From positions 24,746 to 88,745 of the forward strand of contig JAPPGC010000104.1 of assembly GCA_028875125.1 (NCBI GenBank): a DNA stretch of 64,000 bases. The letters are read 5' to 3'. This DNA comes from Bacteroidota bacterium (lineage in GTDB: Bacteria; Bacteroidota; Rhodothermia; Rhodothermales; Bin80). Shown here one piece after another: positions 30,302 through 40,797 of this stretch (position 1 is the stretch's first letter; each line of letters begins with the position of its first letter). A program made the translations under genes and the position numbers. The notes below the pieces were generated by a model. The model did no database searches. It was not told the origin of the DNA and saw only the letters and a program-made list of their open reading frames with translations.

Positions 30302-30787
30302 TTAGTTTGGTTCACAGTCCAGTGCTTCCTCAATTTGCACAAACCTGACTGGATTCTGGGTTCTTCTGATCCGAACGGCTTCAAAAGCAACCCCGGTGGA
30401 AAAAGATGGGCGACAATCGGGGCCCGGGGAGAACAGCCGATAGGTTGCAACCACAGTATCCCTAAGACTTTCAACGAGCTCAAAACGAAGGTCATATCCT
30501 CCCGCATTAACGTCAACAGCGGCAAGGAGGACCATTTCTGTTTCAAAGTCTGGTGATGTGAAGGGCATCAGCGGCTGAAGTGAATCCGCATATGCAATCC
30601 ATGTGTTCACATCTGAGATCACACGTACGGTGGTTGTGTCGAGGGAAGCCTGTAGTCCGCGGCCCAGTGACACATAGGGGAGGAGTTCGGCAAGGTCTTC
30701 TTCTGTCAGCTCAGGTGGTGGCGTGGTCTCACAGCTTGCAGAAAGCAGCAACGTGGAGATCAATATTATGGAACTATACTTTTGCAT
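30302..30787 (-). CDS. Hypothetical lipoprotein (possibly PrcB_C-like)
   Basis: Lipobox LLSASC|ETT. The AGGYDLRF...VVATYRL pattern is reminiscent of the PrcB C-terminal domain. The assignment is weak. Confidence 0.4.
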   Translation of the reverse strand: MQKYSSIILISTLLLSASCETTPPPELTEEDLAELLPYVSLGRGLQASLDTTTVRVISDVNTWIAYADSLQPLMPFTSPDFETEMVLLAAVDVNAGGYDLRFELVESLRDTVVATYRLFSPGPDCRPSFSTGVAFEAVRIRRTQNPVRFVQIEEALDCEPN

Positions 30788-30832
30788 TAGCGTGTCAGCG
30801 GTTCGTAACGCGTTCGTGTATATAAACTACTC

Positions 30833-31135
30833 ATGCCGCTTAAAACAGTTGATGTCGATGCGCTGGTTGAACAAACAGGTAACCTGTTTGAAGCCGTTGC
30901 GATCCTTTCGAAACGTTCGCGCCAAGCCGCGATTAAAATGAAGTCTGAACTTGATACGCGTCTCGCGTACTTTGAAGGTTTCGATCCCGAACTGGAGGAT
31001 CCGCATTTTCAGGAGGAACAGCGCCGTATATCTATTGAGCACGAGGAGCGACCCAAGCCCACGGAGGTCGCGGTCGAGGAAATGTTCAATTCCGAAATAT
31101 ACTTCCGGGATCCCACCACGGAGCCGGAAATCTAG
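30833..31135 (+). CDS. rpoZ: DNA-directed RNA polymerase omega subunit (Bacteroidota type)
   Basis: [17 protein letters not shown]..., then the acidic ...YFEGFD...EEQ... region, then ...[11 protein letters not shown]...IYFR. This follows the pattern of the ~100-aa flavobacterial RpoZ (TGNIYEAISIMAKRANQ...LPKP...A..E...YYR). Confidence 0.75.
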   Translation: MPLKTVDVDALVEQTGNLFEAVAILSKRSRQAAIKMKSELDTRLAYFEGFDPELEDPHFQEEQRRISIEHEERPKPTEVAVEEMFNSEIYFRDPTTEPEI

Positions 31136-31153
31136 GGCGCAGCCCGGCCTGTC

Positions 31154-34027
31154 ATGGAAGGCCAAAATAGAGAACGCCAGGACGAGTACATTCTCGTCCG
31201 AGGTGCGCGTGAGCACAACCTCAGGGATGTGGATGTGGATGTTCCGCGCGATGAGTTGGTTGTCGTAACTGGTCTATCAGGTTCGGGAAAGAGTTCACTC
31301 GCCTTTGATACTGTTTATGCTGAGGGTCAGCGGCGATACCTGGAAAGCCTGAGTGCGTATGCACGACAGTTTGTTGGGATGCCTGAACGTCCTGACGTTG
31401 ATCATATCGAGGGGCTCTCCCCGGTAATTGCAATTGACCAGAAGATCGTCTCCAGGAGTTCACGGTCAACGGTTGGTACGGTTACCGAGATATACGATTT
31501 TCTGCGACTGCTCTATGCACGGGCAGCGACCTCCTTCTCAGCGGCATCGGGCAAACCGCTTATCAGGCAGTCTACGGGCGAGATAATTGCAGCGATCCAG
31601 GAGTACCCTGTGAATGCAGAAATTGTGCTGCTCGCACCGGTAGTTCAAGGGCGCAAAGGACATTACGGCGAACTCTTCGAGAGGGTGTCTCGCCAGGGCT
31701 ATACCAGAGTTCGCGTTAATGGCAAGATCCGTGTGATCAAGCCCGGTATGAAGGTTGCCAGGTACAGAACGCATAACATCGAAGTTGTTGTTGATCGTTT
31801 GCGTATTGAGGAAGGAATGGAGGCCCGCATTGCTCAATCGGTCAAGACCGCACTGGGGTTGGGCAAAGGAGTCTTGATTCTGGCAGAAGCGTCCGAAAAG
31901 GATCGCATCTTCAGTCGTCACCTATATGATCCAGAAACAGGAGAGTCCTATCAGGAGGCCTCGCCGAGGACTTTTTCTTTCAACTCGCCATTCAGTGCCT
32001 GCAAGGTATGTCGGGGCCTCGGCATACAAGATTGCTGGGATGAAGATTTGCTTGTGCCGGACCGCTCACTCAGTATCAAGAACGATGCGATAGAACTCAT
32101 TGACTCGTGGAGGGACCAGTACTTTATCGAGGAGATAAAGTCGGTTTTGAATAAAGGAGGATTTTCGTTAGCCACACCCGTAAAGAAGATTAGTGAGTCT
32201 GTTTGGGATGAAGTACTCAATGGTTCCTACCAAAACCATGAGATCAAGATGGATGGAACCAAGTATATCTTCAAGTCCCCAGATGGACGAGGCCTTTACA
32301 GATTCTTGGACACGCGGTACAAATTTGCGGACAAGAGAGAAAGAAGAGAACTTGACTGTTTCAGGGTAAGTCGGCCATGTACTGAATGTAAGGGGGGCCG
32401 TCTTTCCAGCGAGGCGCTTTCGTACAGAATTTCCGGAAAGACGATTGCTGATCTGACACAGATGGATCTGATTAGTCTGCGCGAGTTCTTGAATACAGTT
32501 CGTTTTGGCAAACGACAGGCCCAGATTGCCGCACCCATTATTAAGGAGGTTCAGGAACGCCTGATGTTCATGATTGATGTTGGGGTTGGTTATCTAACCT
32601 TGGATCGACCGGCTGCCACATTATCCGGCGGAGAAAGCCAGCGTATTCGCCTGGCCACACAGATTGGTACACAGTTAACAGGAGTCTTATATGTTTTGGA
32701 TGAGCCCTCTATTGGGTTACATACTCGGGATAACCGGCGTCTGATAGCATCCCTGCGCAGGTTACGCGATCTAGGTAACTCAATCCTGGTCGTTGAGCAT
32801 GATCGTGATATGATAGAGTCAGCGGATCATATCATTGACATAGGGCCCGGTGCAGGCGACCAAGGTGGGGAGGTTGTATATGCTGGCTCTCCTGCAATGT
32901 TACGGCAAAATGGCAGTTCCAATAAGGGATTAACCCTGCCTTATCTCTTGGGACAGCGTCGCATAGAAATTCCAGAAAAGCGTAGGGAATTGCAAAAGAA
33001 AGCCATTGTGCTTTCTGGTGCTACGGGCAACAACTTGAAGAACGTTACGCTTACCCTACCCCTGGGGACATTCATTTGTGTGACCGGTGTCAGTGGATCG
33101 GGAAAGAGTTCGCTTATTAATCAAACGCTTGTTCCTGCACTTACGTACAGGATGAACCCGCGTACACGGGTACGAGGATTGCCGTATGAGAAACTGGATG
33201 GGTATTCGTTAATTGATAAGTTGATCAACATTGATCAAAAGCCGATTGGGCGAACGCCTCGGTCTAATCCGGCCACCTACATCAACTTGTTCACGGAAAT
33301 CCGGCAGTTGTTTGCCAATTTACCCCTGTCTAAAGCACGGGGCTATAAGCCGGGACGTTTTTCGTTCAATGTGCGAGGTGGGAGATGCGAGACCTGTTCC
33401 GGGGCGGGTATCGATCGCCTGGAGATGAATTTTTTGCCTGATGTATATGTAGAGTGCGAGACCTGTCAGGGGAGGCGTTACAATCAGGAAACATTGGAGG
33501 TGTCCTATAAGGGCAAAACCATTTCGGATGTTCTGAACATGCGTGTAACTGAGGCGGCGGCCTTTTTTGCCAATCTGCCCAAAATTGCCAAGAAGCTAGA
33601 CACGCTGCTCTCGGTTGGTCTGGGGTACGTACGCTTAGGGCAGCAGTCAACTACGATTTCTGGTGGAGAGGCGCAGCGCGTGAAGCTGGCCAAAGAGCTT
33701 TCACGTTCGGCAATAGGGCGGACACTGTATCTATTTGATGAGCCAACGACGGGGCTGCATTTTGAGGATATCCGGTTATTTCTGAATGTTTTGCAGAAGC
33801 TGGTGGACAGAGGCAATACGGTGCTGGTGATAGAACACAACCCGGATGTTATAAAAGTTGCTGATTATATAGTGGATATGGGCCCGGAGGGAGGTGAGGC
33901 AGGTGGAGAGATTCTTTTTGCAGGTCCTCCAGAGGAGATGAGTCGTCAAAACACCTATACAGCAGACTTGCTCAGGGAAATACTTTCGGGTATGCAAGGC
34001 AAGCAGGTTTCTGGTGATGTCGTGTAG
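31154..34027 (+). CDS. uvrA: Excinuclease ABC subunit A
   Basis: Two ABC modules ([14 protein letters not shown]; [12 protein letters not shown]; [12 protein letters not shown]; [12 protein letters not shown]; LDEPSIGLH; FDEPTTGLH), zinc-finger cysteines ([24 protein letters not shown]...CETCQGRRY), 957 aa. Confidence 0.97.
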   Translation: MEGQNRERQDEYILVRGAREHNLRDVDVDVPRDELVVVTGLSGSGKSSLAFDTVYAEGQRRYLESLSAYARQFVGMPERPDVDHIEGLSPVIAIDQKIVSRSSRSTVGTVTEIYDFLRLLYARAATSFSAASGKPLIRQSTGEIIAAIQEYPVNAEIVLLAPVVQGRKGHYGELFERVSRQGYTRVRVNGKIRVIKPGMKVARYRTHNIEVVVDRLRIEEGMEARIAQSVKTALGLGKGVLILAEASEKDRIFSRHLYDPETGESYQEASPRTFSFNSPFSACKVCRGLGIQDCWDEDLLVPDRSLSIKNDAIELIDSWRDQYFIEEIKSVLNKGGFSLATPVKKISESVWDEVLNGSYQNHEIKMDGTKYIFKSPDGRGLYRFLDTRYKFADKRERRELDCFRVSRPCTECKGGRLSSEALSYRISGKTIADLTQMDLISLREFLNTVRFGKRQAQIAAPIIKEVQERLMFMIDVGVGYLTLDRPAATLSGGESQRIRLATQIGTQLTGVLYVLDEPSIGLHTRDNRRLIASLRRLRDLGNSILVVEHDRDMIESADHIIDIGPGAGDQGGEVVYAGSPAMLRQNGSSNKGLTLPYLLGQRRIEIPEKRRELQKKAIVLSGATGNNLKNVTLTLPLGTFICVTGVSGSGKSSLINQTLVPALTYRMNPRTRVRGLPYEKLDGYSLIDKLINIDQKPIGRTPRSNPATYINLFTEIRQLFANLPLSKARGYKPGRFSFNVRGGRCETCSGAGIDRLEMNFLPDVYVECETCQGRRYNQETLEVSYKGKTISDVLNMRVTEAAAFFANLPKIAKKLDTLLSVGLGYVRLGQQSTTISGGEAQRVKLAKELSRSAIGRTLYLFDEPTTGLHFEDIRLFLNVLQKLVDRGNTVLVIEHNPDVIKVADYIVDMGPEGGEAGGEILFAGPPEEMSRQNTYTADLLREILSGMQGKQVSGDVV

Positions 34028-34189
34028 TCATACGACTGCCAATTAGGTCACTTTGCGTTGAGTCAAATGGAGGTGCTTTAGACGCAGAAGTTCCCTATTA
34101 ACCGCTATGCCTCTGGACACAATATCCTGGGAATTCAGGCTTGCTGCTAAAAGCCGGAGTCCTTGTAGGCTGGGTATGGATTGAGATCA

Positions 34190-36298
34190 TCAGTCATGCG
34201 CAGGCTCCCCGTTACCCATTTGTTTTTCGAATGCTTGGCGCACCAGCCCCATCACGTAGGGCAACTGGTCTTGGTCGCTAATGTCTATTTCGACATCACC
34301 ATTTCCCCACTTACCGAGGCCGGTGATGTCCCGCGCGGTCTTCCTCGGGTCGTAGAGTTCATGAAAATGGAGGTTTAGGATCAAGCATAGGCGGCGCATC
34401 TGCGGAACCACATCAACAAAGTTGGTCTCTGCCTTGTAGGCAATATAAACCTTGAGGATCTCCTCGCTTACGCAAGGATCAAGGGCCAAGATCTCTTTGC
34501 GCAATACGTCGAAGAGCGGACGCATGGCACTGTTCTCGGAAACGTGCTGATGGTTAGCCAAGGAATAGCTGGTTGGCAGCTTGTCCTTCGGGAGATAAGT
34601 CTCCAATACGTTTGCGGTTAGCGCAGGTCGTGCCCACACCTTCACCGCCCGACATGCAAGTCGCTTTGCGCGTGTACGGATAGCATCCTCGTCCCAAGTC
34701 TCAAGAGAACCCAAGTGCTCGTTCAGCTTGAGCGGGCTATTCTTGAAGCCACCCTTCATGGTACGTTTCTCAGCGAAAGGCTTGTCACTGTACTCCGCGT
34801 TGTAGCCGGTAAGTGTAAGATTGCCAAGGGTGTGCAGCCACCTTTCCTGCACATCACGCCAGTTTGAGCCAAGAGCCTTTTGCCACTCTTTAGAGAGATT
34901 CGGGTTCTGAGGAAGAATATGCTCAATGGTTAACTCGTCCATGAGCACGCGTTCCTTGCTGTCATGGTTTTCTAAACGGCGGAGATAATAGCTGCTCCGG
35001 GAAAAATTGTAGAGGTCGCGGGTCCTGAACTCGCGCTTGAATTCCTTATCGTTCGGGAATCGTCGGTAGGACTGCATGCTCAGAAAATGCGCTTGAATGC
35101 TCTCCAGATAGCGATCCTTCTCGAGAGCCTGTGCGAACGTGGAGAACGTCTTGTTCAGTGAATTGGTGGGAATGGCGCAAACGACCCGTCGAAATACGTA
35201 CGCCTCTACCATACGCGCGGCCTGGACAAAATCGTCCTTATTGAGGCAATCCTTGGCGTAGTCGCGGTAAAGCTCAAGGAGAAATGGAAAAGCTACATCG
35301 ACCCTGAGTTCACGCAGATCGCGAAAGGCCTGCGCCAGTTCCTTATCCGGCTCTTGATCAAGTGCCATATTGCAGTAGTAACGGGCGAACGCATGAATCT
35401 TTTTTACCAAACCTTCCACACCAGCCTCCGCGATTCTTTGTGATTTGGAGTAACCTTTGAAGGCTTCATAGACGGCCTTGATCTTGGGGATCTCTCCAGT
35501 TTGTAATGTCAGGTAGTGCCGCATGAAGCCGTCAAATTGCTTGCCATACGCTTCCTGTCCGAAAGCGACTTCCATCGGACGCCAATGCTGTTCGTACAGC
35601 CGATCCTGTTGGTGCGACTCCAGTCCCATGAGAATGAAGTTGCGGATCAAGTCGGCTTGACTCAGCTCACGACCGGTGGAGTTCATGCTCTCGAATATGA
35701 GCTGTGGGTCGTCCCGGTCACGGTCAAGCGCAACGTCGATGATCATGAGCTTATTGAGTCCAAGACACAGCGGAGCGAGATCAAAACCGAGAGCATTTAC
35801 TTGCTCCTGAAAGAAGGCGAAATTCCGCGCAATGTGCAGTGAAGATTCAGTTGGCTGAGGTTCCTGTTCCAAAAGCGCGATCAAGCTCTGCTTATCCGTC
35901 TGCGTGAGCAGGAGCTTGTAATGGAGCTCGCCCGTTTCTAGATGGTTTAGCAGGTAGTAGTGACGGAGTTTTAGTGCAGAGAAGCGATCTACCGTCTCAG
36001 TACTGCCCAGCCGCCGCGCTAGCGCTTCGAGAATGAGCATCACTGTGGTTAGACGTTGCTGGCCGTCAATCACCAAGAGCGGCGGCGGGTCGGTGACTAT
36101 ATAGGGACTCTTCCCGATATAGACAATGGGACCGAAGAAGTGTGCGCGGATGGCGTCGTTACGACCCGCGCGCAGGACATCATCCCAGAGTTGGCGGCAT
36201 TCACGTTCCGTCCAACTGTACGTACGCTGGTAGATCGGAATGACAAACTGCGGTGAACTCTTCAGGAAGTCAAGGAACTTGGCTGCATTCGCCTGCAT
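34190..36298 (-). CDS. GmrSD-type DUF262/DUF1524 protein (putative type IV modification-dependent restriction enzyme) with an extra C-terminal domain
   Basis: N-terminal DUF262 (FVIPIYQRTYSW, LVIDGQQRLTT). The DUF1524 His-Me finger is TIEHILPQNP...LHTLGNLTLTGYN. A further ~150-aa C-terminal module (LFDVLRKEILALD...YIAYKAETNFVDV...) resembles the DUF5655-type domain often fused to these enzymes. Confidence 0.85.
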   Translation of the reverse strand: MQANAAKFLDFLKSSPQFVIPIYQRTYSWTERECRQLWDDVLRAGRNDAIRAHFFGPIVYIGKSPYIVTDPPPLLVIDGQQRLTTVMLILEALARRLGSTETVDRFSALKLRHYYLLNHLETGELHYKLLLTQTDKQSLIALLEQEPQPTESSLHIARNFAFFQEQVNALGFDLAPLCLGLNKLMIIDVALDRDRDDPQLIFESMNSTGRELSQADLIRNFILMGLESHQQDRLYEQHWRPMEVAFGQEAYGKQFDGFMRHYLTLQTGEIPKIKAVYEAFKGYSKSQRIAEAGVEGLVKKIHAFARYYCNMALDQEPDKELAQAFRDLRELRVDVAFPFLLELYRDYAKDCLNKDDFVQAARMVEAYVFRRVVCAIPTNSLNKTFSTFAQALEKDRYLESIQAHFLSMQSYRRFPNDKEFKREFRTRDLYNFSRSSYYLRRLENHDSKERVLMDELTIEHILPQNPNLSKEWQKALGSNWRDVQERWLHTLGNLTLTGYNAEYSDKPFAEKRTMKGGFKNSPLKLNEHLGSLETWDEDAIRTRAKRLACRAVKVWARPALTANVLETYLPKDKLPTSYSLANHQHVSENSAMRPLFDVLRKEILALDPCVSEEILKVYIAYKAETNFVDVVPQMRRLCLILNLHFHELYDPRKTARDITGLGKWGNGDVEIDISDQDQLPYVMGLVRQAFEKQMGNGEPAHD

Positions 36299-36439
36299 GG
36301 ATGATTTCCTTTGATGATATGATTCAGTATTCCCTCAGTTTTATTCTCCAATGTCAGTATATCGGCTCAAATCTCCTCCAGTGCTCGCAAAGGTTTCGGC
36401 CTGTAGAATAAGCATTTGAAGCTGATCATGTAGCTGGCC

Positions 36440-36873
36440 TCAAAAGTCTTGGCCCACACCAAGCATCGCGGGCATGACAATGCCGTCAATGATCGCTTTC
36501 CTATCACGGCTTTCCGCTGCCTTTAGTGAGGAATTCATCGGCGGTGCATTTAGGATGCTAGCCCTGTTCTGTGGGCATAAAGTCGATTTACCAGTGGCTT
36601 TCACGGTGCCTAGTTTCGCGCCCTGAGAAAATACATGTTTTTGTCGAATTGGGGACGTCATGTCGGTGGTTATGCACGTCTGAAGTGTAATTCGCATATT
36701 CCGACAAAGTGGCTCACTAATTCCGAGTGAAGTGAACCACCAATACGATCGAACTGGGCCATCAAAACGATCGAAGTGAGCCACTGGATGTGTGAAGGAT
36801 TGCGGAAGCACCCTATGAGTTCTTTTCTCTTAGTATCCACGCTGAAGTTAGGGAGGTTTCCAAGCTGGCCCAC
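36440..36873 (-). mobile_element. Decayed fragment of an ISAzo13-family (Rhodopirellula-type DDE) transposase
   Basis: ORF 36670..36873 contains FSVDTKRKELIGCFRN, close to the family signature SVDTKKKELVGNFKN. The downstream frame changes (ORF 36440..36811). There is no N-terminal part, no DDE core and no IS ends. Confidence 0.35.
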
Positions 36874-37145
36874 GTCCGAAGAACAGGAATCTGCGTGAAC
36901 TGCTGGTCTCGTTCAGGATGCTGGGATCCAGGCAACGTTTTGAGTCTGTTGAAAAACGGCATTCAATTTTGGAGGAGAATATTTCAAACGTCGAGAGATT
37001 CTGGATTCAACTGACTCCGCTTTATTCAAACGAATCGTTTCTCAACATTCTCTTGCACGAAATGAATATGTCGCATCATTTAATTGGACCCTGCACATTT
37101 GTTAATTATTCTCGTACATTCGCTTGGGGTTAACTATTATAACTC

Positions 37146-39980
37146 ATGGTTCCCAGAGTTAATCATTTAATTGTTTCCCTCTTTTGCATAGGTTCCAGTT
37201 TTTGTCTTTTTTCCGAGCCAGTTCTTGGCCAGTCTGCGACTGTGGTTGGGAAGGTTACCGATTCGGAAACCGGTAAATCATTGATTGGGGCGAACGTGCA
37301 GGTTGCTGGGACCTCGATTGGAAGTGCCACTGATATTGAGGGTAATTTTGAAATTTCGAACCTTCACGCTGGAATCCATATCCTGCGAGCAAGTTTTATA
37401 GGGTATTCAGCTCAGGAATTGACGGTTACTCTGGCTGAGGGAGAGAATTATGTCTGGAACGTTGCCTTAGACCCAGGAACAGATCTAGACCCCGTACAGG
37501 TGACCGCAGGACGCCGGAATGAGAAAACGTTGAATGCACCCTCTTCCATTGATGTCATTACTTCGCGAGATCTTCAATTGGATGTCGCACAGACAACGGC
37601 AAAATCGCTCCGAAATGTGACCGGGTTGGATTTGGTTCAGACCGGCGTGGATCGCTACGAAATCGTGCTTCGCGGATTCAATGACGCTTTCTCAAGATCT
37701 ACACACGTGCTCACCGATTACAGGAAGGCAGCGGTTGCCTCCATTGGTGTCAACCTGCATAATGTTATGCCAAGTCTGGCCATCGATACGGAACGGATTG
37801 AAGTAGTTCGGGGGCCGGGATCCGCACTTTATGGACCTGGTGTGGATTCAGGAGTGATCCACTACATCTCAAAAGATGCATTCAATTACCCGGGAGCTAC
37901 GATCTCTGTTTCAGGTGGCCAAAGGTCTATGCTCAATGTTCAGGGACGCATGGCTACGGTTCTAGGCACAAATCTCGGTGTCAAAGTGATTGGCAATTAC
38001 GCAACATCGGAGGATTTTACTCTTGAAGGGTGTGACGCTGCACTCCTCAAGAGTGAAAGGTTTAGTGAATGCCCTGATCCCGAAGACGCAGTTCAGTTGT
38101 TTGTCGATGGGGTTCGCGAAACCAAAAACCGCAAGCTTGTGCTGTCCAGTACTATGGACTTGCGCATGGGCAAATCAACCACTCTTTCGTTGAGTGGGGG
38201 GATTGGAAATCTGGATGGTGCAATGCTCAGCAGCTTGGGCACAATTCAGGCAAAGGGAATGGTTGCCAGCTATGCACAGATTCGGCTGTCCAGCGGCCCT
38301 CTCTTCGTGCAGGCGTATATGAATTCAATCAATTCGGGGAACTCCTATATCTATGGTGGAGATCCCGTTCAAGAATACTCCGAAGAATTTTCCGTGCAAG
38401 GCCAGTATACGCAAGAGATTGGGTCTAGACAGCAGCTGATTGCAGGAGTGGACCTACGATTTGATCGTCCTGATACCAGAGCAATTGTTATCGAACGCAT
38501 CGATGGGATTGCAGGGCTTGACGAATATGGTGCATACCTGCAATCGACGACACAGATCTCAAATAGACTCAAACTGACACTCGCCCTTCGGGGAGACTAC
38601 AACAATATCGTCCCCGATCTTCAATTATCTCCACGCGTCGCACTCGTGTTAAAACCAACTCCTTCCTCAGGTCTGCGTGCAACGTTTAACCGTAGTCTCT
38701 CTTCACCGCTGTCGACCGATTACCTGTTGGATTTAGTGGTAGCTTCCCTTGGGCCGCTCACAGTGCGGGCCCGCGGTGGTGCAACCGGATTTACCTTTGA
38801 CAGAAATCCCAACTACCTTGAACTTGGTGCACCTACGTCTCTTGTTGCTTCCAGTATGCTCCCAGGAATGGAGGGATATCCAACTCCCGTTGGAATAGAT
38901 ACAGGGTTCCTCTATGGGTTGATTTACGATGGTCTGACAAAAATCCCAGATGATGAACTTGCACGAATACTTGCCGATGCAGGACTAGATATTCCCCCTC
39001 AGCTTCTGCCCCTCCTGAAGCAGGGGTTGAACCCAGAAGTGACTCCAGTTCAGGGATTCAGTCCTGGGATCCTTAGTCTCGTGAACCTGAGTACGCTCGA
39101 GCTCAAATTCAACCCGGAGTTGAATAACCTTCAGGATACCGGACCAATCAAGCCAACTATTACTCAATCTTGGGAATTTGGATATAAAGGAATTATTCGT
39201 GATCATATTGTCTTCGCAGTGGACGGGTACTACAGTAGAAGAAAAAATTTTACAGGTCCACTTCAGATTAAAACACCATTTGTTCTGGTTCCAAATCTGA
39301 AACAGGATCTCATTCAAGACATCTCAGCTGGACTGGCAGCAAATTCGGACGTTGCGAATGCACTGGAGTTATTTGGGGTGACCCCTCAGTTGGCTGCAGA
39401 AATGCTCGTCGATATTGCGGGCAGTGATCTGCCTGATAGTGAAACCCCAGTGGCAATTGTACAGACAAACGAGAACAACAAGGGAGCGGGAAATTTTCCT
39501 GAACTGATGCTGACCTTTCCTAACTTTGGGGATATCCGGTATTTTGGAATGGATGTTTCAGCTCAGATCATCGCCAGTGAAAAACTGATGGTTTTTGGAA
39601 ATGCATCCTGGGTAAGTGACGATTATTTTGATCATACGGAGATCAACGAGGAGTCAGAGGATCTGGAATTGGCCCTCAATGCGCCGGGATTCAAGTTTAA
39701 GATCGGCGGTCAATACCAACCAAAGAACGGCTTTTCGTTCATGGCATCGGGACGGTTTACAAAGGGATTTCCTGTTATTTCTGGTCAATATGTGGGGAAT
39801 GTGCAGAGCTATACGGTGGTTGATGTAGGCATAGGATATGCGATTCATAAAGCCGGATTCCGTGCTGATCTGGGAATCAACAATCTGTTCAACAGTAACC
39901 ACCGCGAATTTGTCGGTGCCCCCAGACTCGGTAGAATTGCAATTATCAGGCTCACGTATACCACGGATCGCAGCGGTTAG
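37146..39980 (+). CDS. TonB-dependent receptor with N-terminal carboxypeptidase-regulatory-like domain
   Basis: Signal peptide, a CarbopepD_reg-like block (VVGKVTDSETGKSLIGANVQVAG...TDIEGNFEI...G.H.L..SFIGY), a plug domain (IERIEVVRGPGSALYGPG) and a long beta-barrel. Confidence 0.85.
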   Translation: MVPRVNHLIVSLFCIGSSFCLFSEPVLGQSATVVGKVTDSETGKSLIGANVQVAGTSIGSATDIEGNFEISNLHAGIHILRASFIGYSAQELTVTLAEGENYVWNVALDPGTDLDPVQVTAGRRNEKTLNAPSSIDVITSRDLQLDVAQTTAKSLRNVTGLDLVQTGVDRYEIVLRGFNDAFSRSTHVLTDYRKAAVASIGVNLHNVMPSLAIDTERIEVVRGPGSALYGPGVDSGVIHYISKDAFNYPGATISVSGGQRSMLNVQGRMATVLGTNLGVKVIGNYATSEDFTLEGCDAALLKSERFSECPDPEDAVQLFVDGVRETKNRKLVLSSTMDLRMGKSTTLSLSGGIGNLDGAMLSSLGTIQAKGMVASYAQIRLSSGPLFVQAYMNSINSGNSYIYGGDPVQEYSEEFSVQGQYTQEIGSRQQLIAGVDLRFDRPDTRAIVIERIDGIAGLDEYGAYLQSTTQISNRLKLTLALRGDYNNIVPDLQLSPRVALVLKPTPSSGLRATFNRSLSSPLSTDYLLDLVVASLGPLTVRARGGATGFTFDRNPNYLELGAPTSLVASSMLPGMEGYPTPVGIDTGFLYGLIYDGLTKIPDDELARILADAGLDIPPQLLPLLKQGLNPEVTPVQGFSPGILSLVNLSTLELKFNPELNNLQDTGPIKPTITQSWEFGYKGIIRDHIVFAVDGYYSRRKNFTGPLQIKTPFVLVPNLKQDLIQDISAGLAANSDVANALELFGVTPQLAAEMLVDIAGSDLPDSETPVAIVQTNENNKGAGNFPELMLTFPNFGDIRYFGMDVSAQIIASEKLMVFGNASWVSDDYFDHTEINEESEDLELALNAPGFKFKIGGQYQPKNGFSFMASGRFTKGFPVISGQYVGNVQSYTVVDVGIGYAIHKAGFRADLGINNLFNSNHREFVGAPRLGRIAIIRLTYTTDRSG

Positions 39981-40105
39981 AGGCTACCCGTCCAAATCAT
40001 GGTTTGTATTTCTACATCCGCGCGAAAATAGGGAATCACCCCCTGCACCGATTCAGGTATCAGCGTTCTTTTTCCAGAACGAAAACTTGACAGTCGCAGT
40101 GTCTA

Positions 40106-40383
40106 CCCAGTTGCCAAGCTCTTGCAGGGCCTACAATTTCTTTACCAATGATTGCTACTTAGTGCGCCATTGACCGGATCAGGAGCTGTCTGTTGCAGGT
40201 AAAGTGTGACCAAAACCTGTTCCATGGCACCCACGCAACGATTCAGTTCCTCCAAGGTCGTGAGCAGTTTAGCCGTAACTCGGGAGTATTCAATTTCCGC
40301 GAGTTTAATTGGTGAAGCGATTGCGCTGCGCGGTGCGAATTCCATAGGTGCATGCCTAACTCCGCAGTATCAATGCCGTCATT
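40106..40383 (-). pseudogene. Ghost copy of 41927..42200 (first ~65 nt of lhgO + spacer + last ~200 nt of the class-V aminotransferase)
   Basis: Collinear nucleotide similarity to 41927..42200, for example cccagttgccaagct..., ccaatgattgctac, ctgttgcaggtaaa, acctgttccatggca, ttcagttcctccaaggt, ttagccgtaactcg, tatcaatgcc. The track ORF 40142..40345 translates to ...LTTLEELNRCVGAMEQV versus the parental ...FTTLEELNRFVDAMEQV. Confidence 0.75.
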
Positions 40384-40693
40384 AGGGCGGACAATGCATC
40401 AAATTGATGAGCCGACGACGGGGTTGCATTTTGAGGATATCCGGTTATTTCTGAATGTATTGGAGAAGCTGGCAGACAGGGGCAATTCGGTGCTGGTGAC
40501 AGGACACAATCCAGATGTGATAAAAACTGATGATTACATCGTGGATATGGGTCTAGAGGGAGGCGAGGCAGGTGGGGAGATCCTATTTGCTGGTTCTCCC
40601 TACGAGATGAGTCGTCAAACAGCCAAACCGCAAACTTGCTCAGGGAAATATTTTCGGGGAGGCAAGGTGAGAGGGATTCTAGCGGTCCGGTAA
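40384..40693 (+). pseudogene. Ghost copy of the uvrA 3' end (33715..34027)
   Basis: Collinear with uvrA at a constant offset of 6669 nt, including an identical 34-mer (33756-33789 = 40425-40458). It encodes [41 protein letters not shown]..., with a 1-nt indel near the end that changes the C-terminal frame. No upstream uvrA body exists. Confidence 0.85.
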
Positions 40694-40797
40694 TTGAGCC
40701 CGAAACCGCGCTGGATTGCAGAAATTTGGACGCCGCTGACTAATGTTAGGGCGTTGTTAATGTCTGTCTCTGCTTGATCCAGTCTGGTGCTGAACTT

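Noticed and set aside
37095-37145. Fur box upstream of the TonB-dependent receptor
   Set aside because: The region is only generically AT-rich (gttaattattctc). There is no convincing 19-bp GATAATGATAATCATTATC-like palindrome.
40142-40693. Track ORFs 40142-40345 (-) and 40352-40693 (+) as genuine small genes
   Set aside because: They are truncated, diverged copies of the aminotransferase C-terminus and the uvrA C-terminus, with no upstream body and altered ends. I annotated them as ghost pseudogenes instead.
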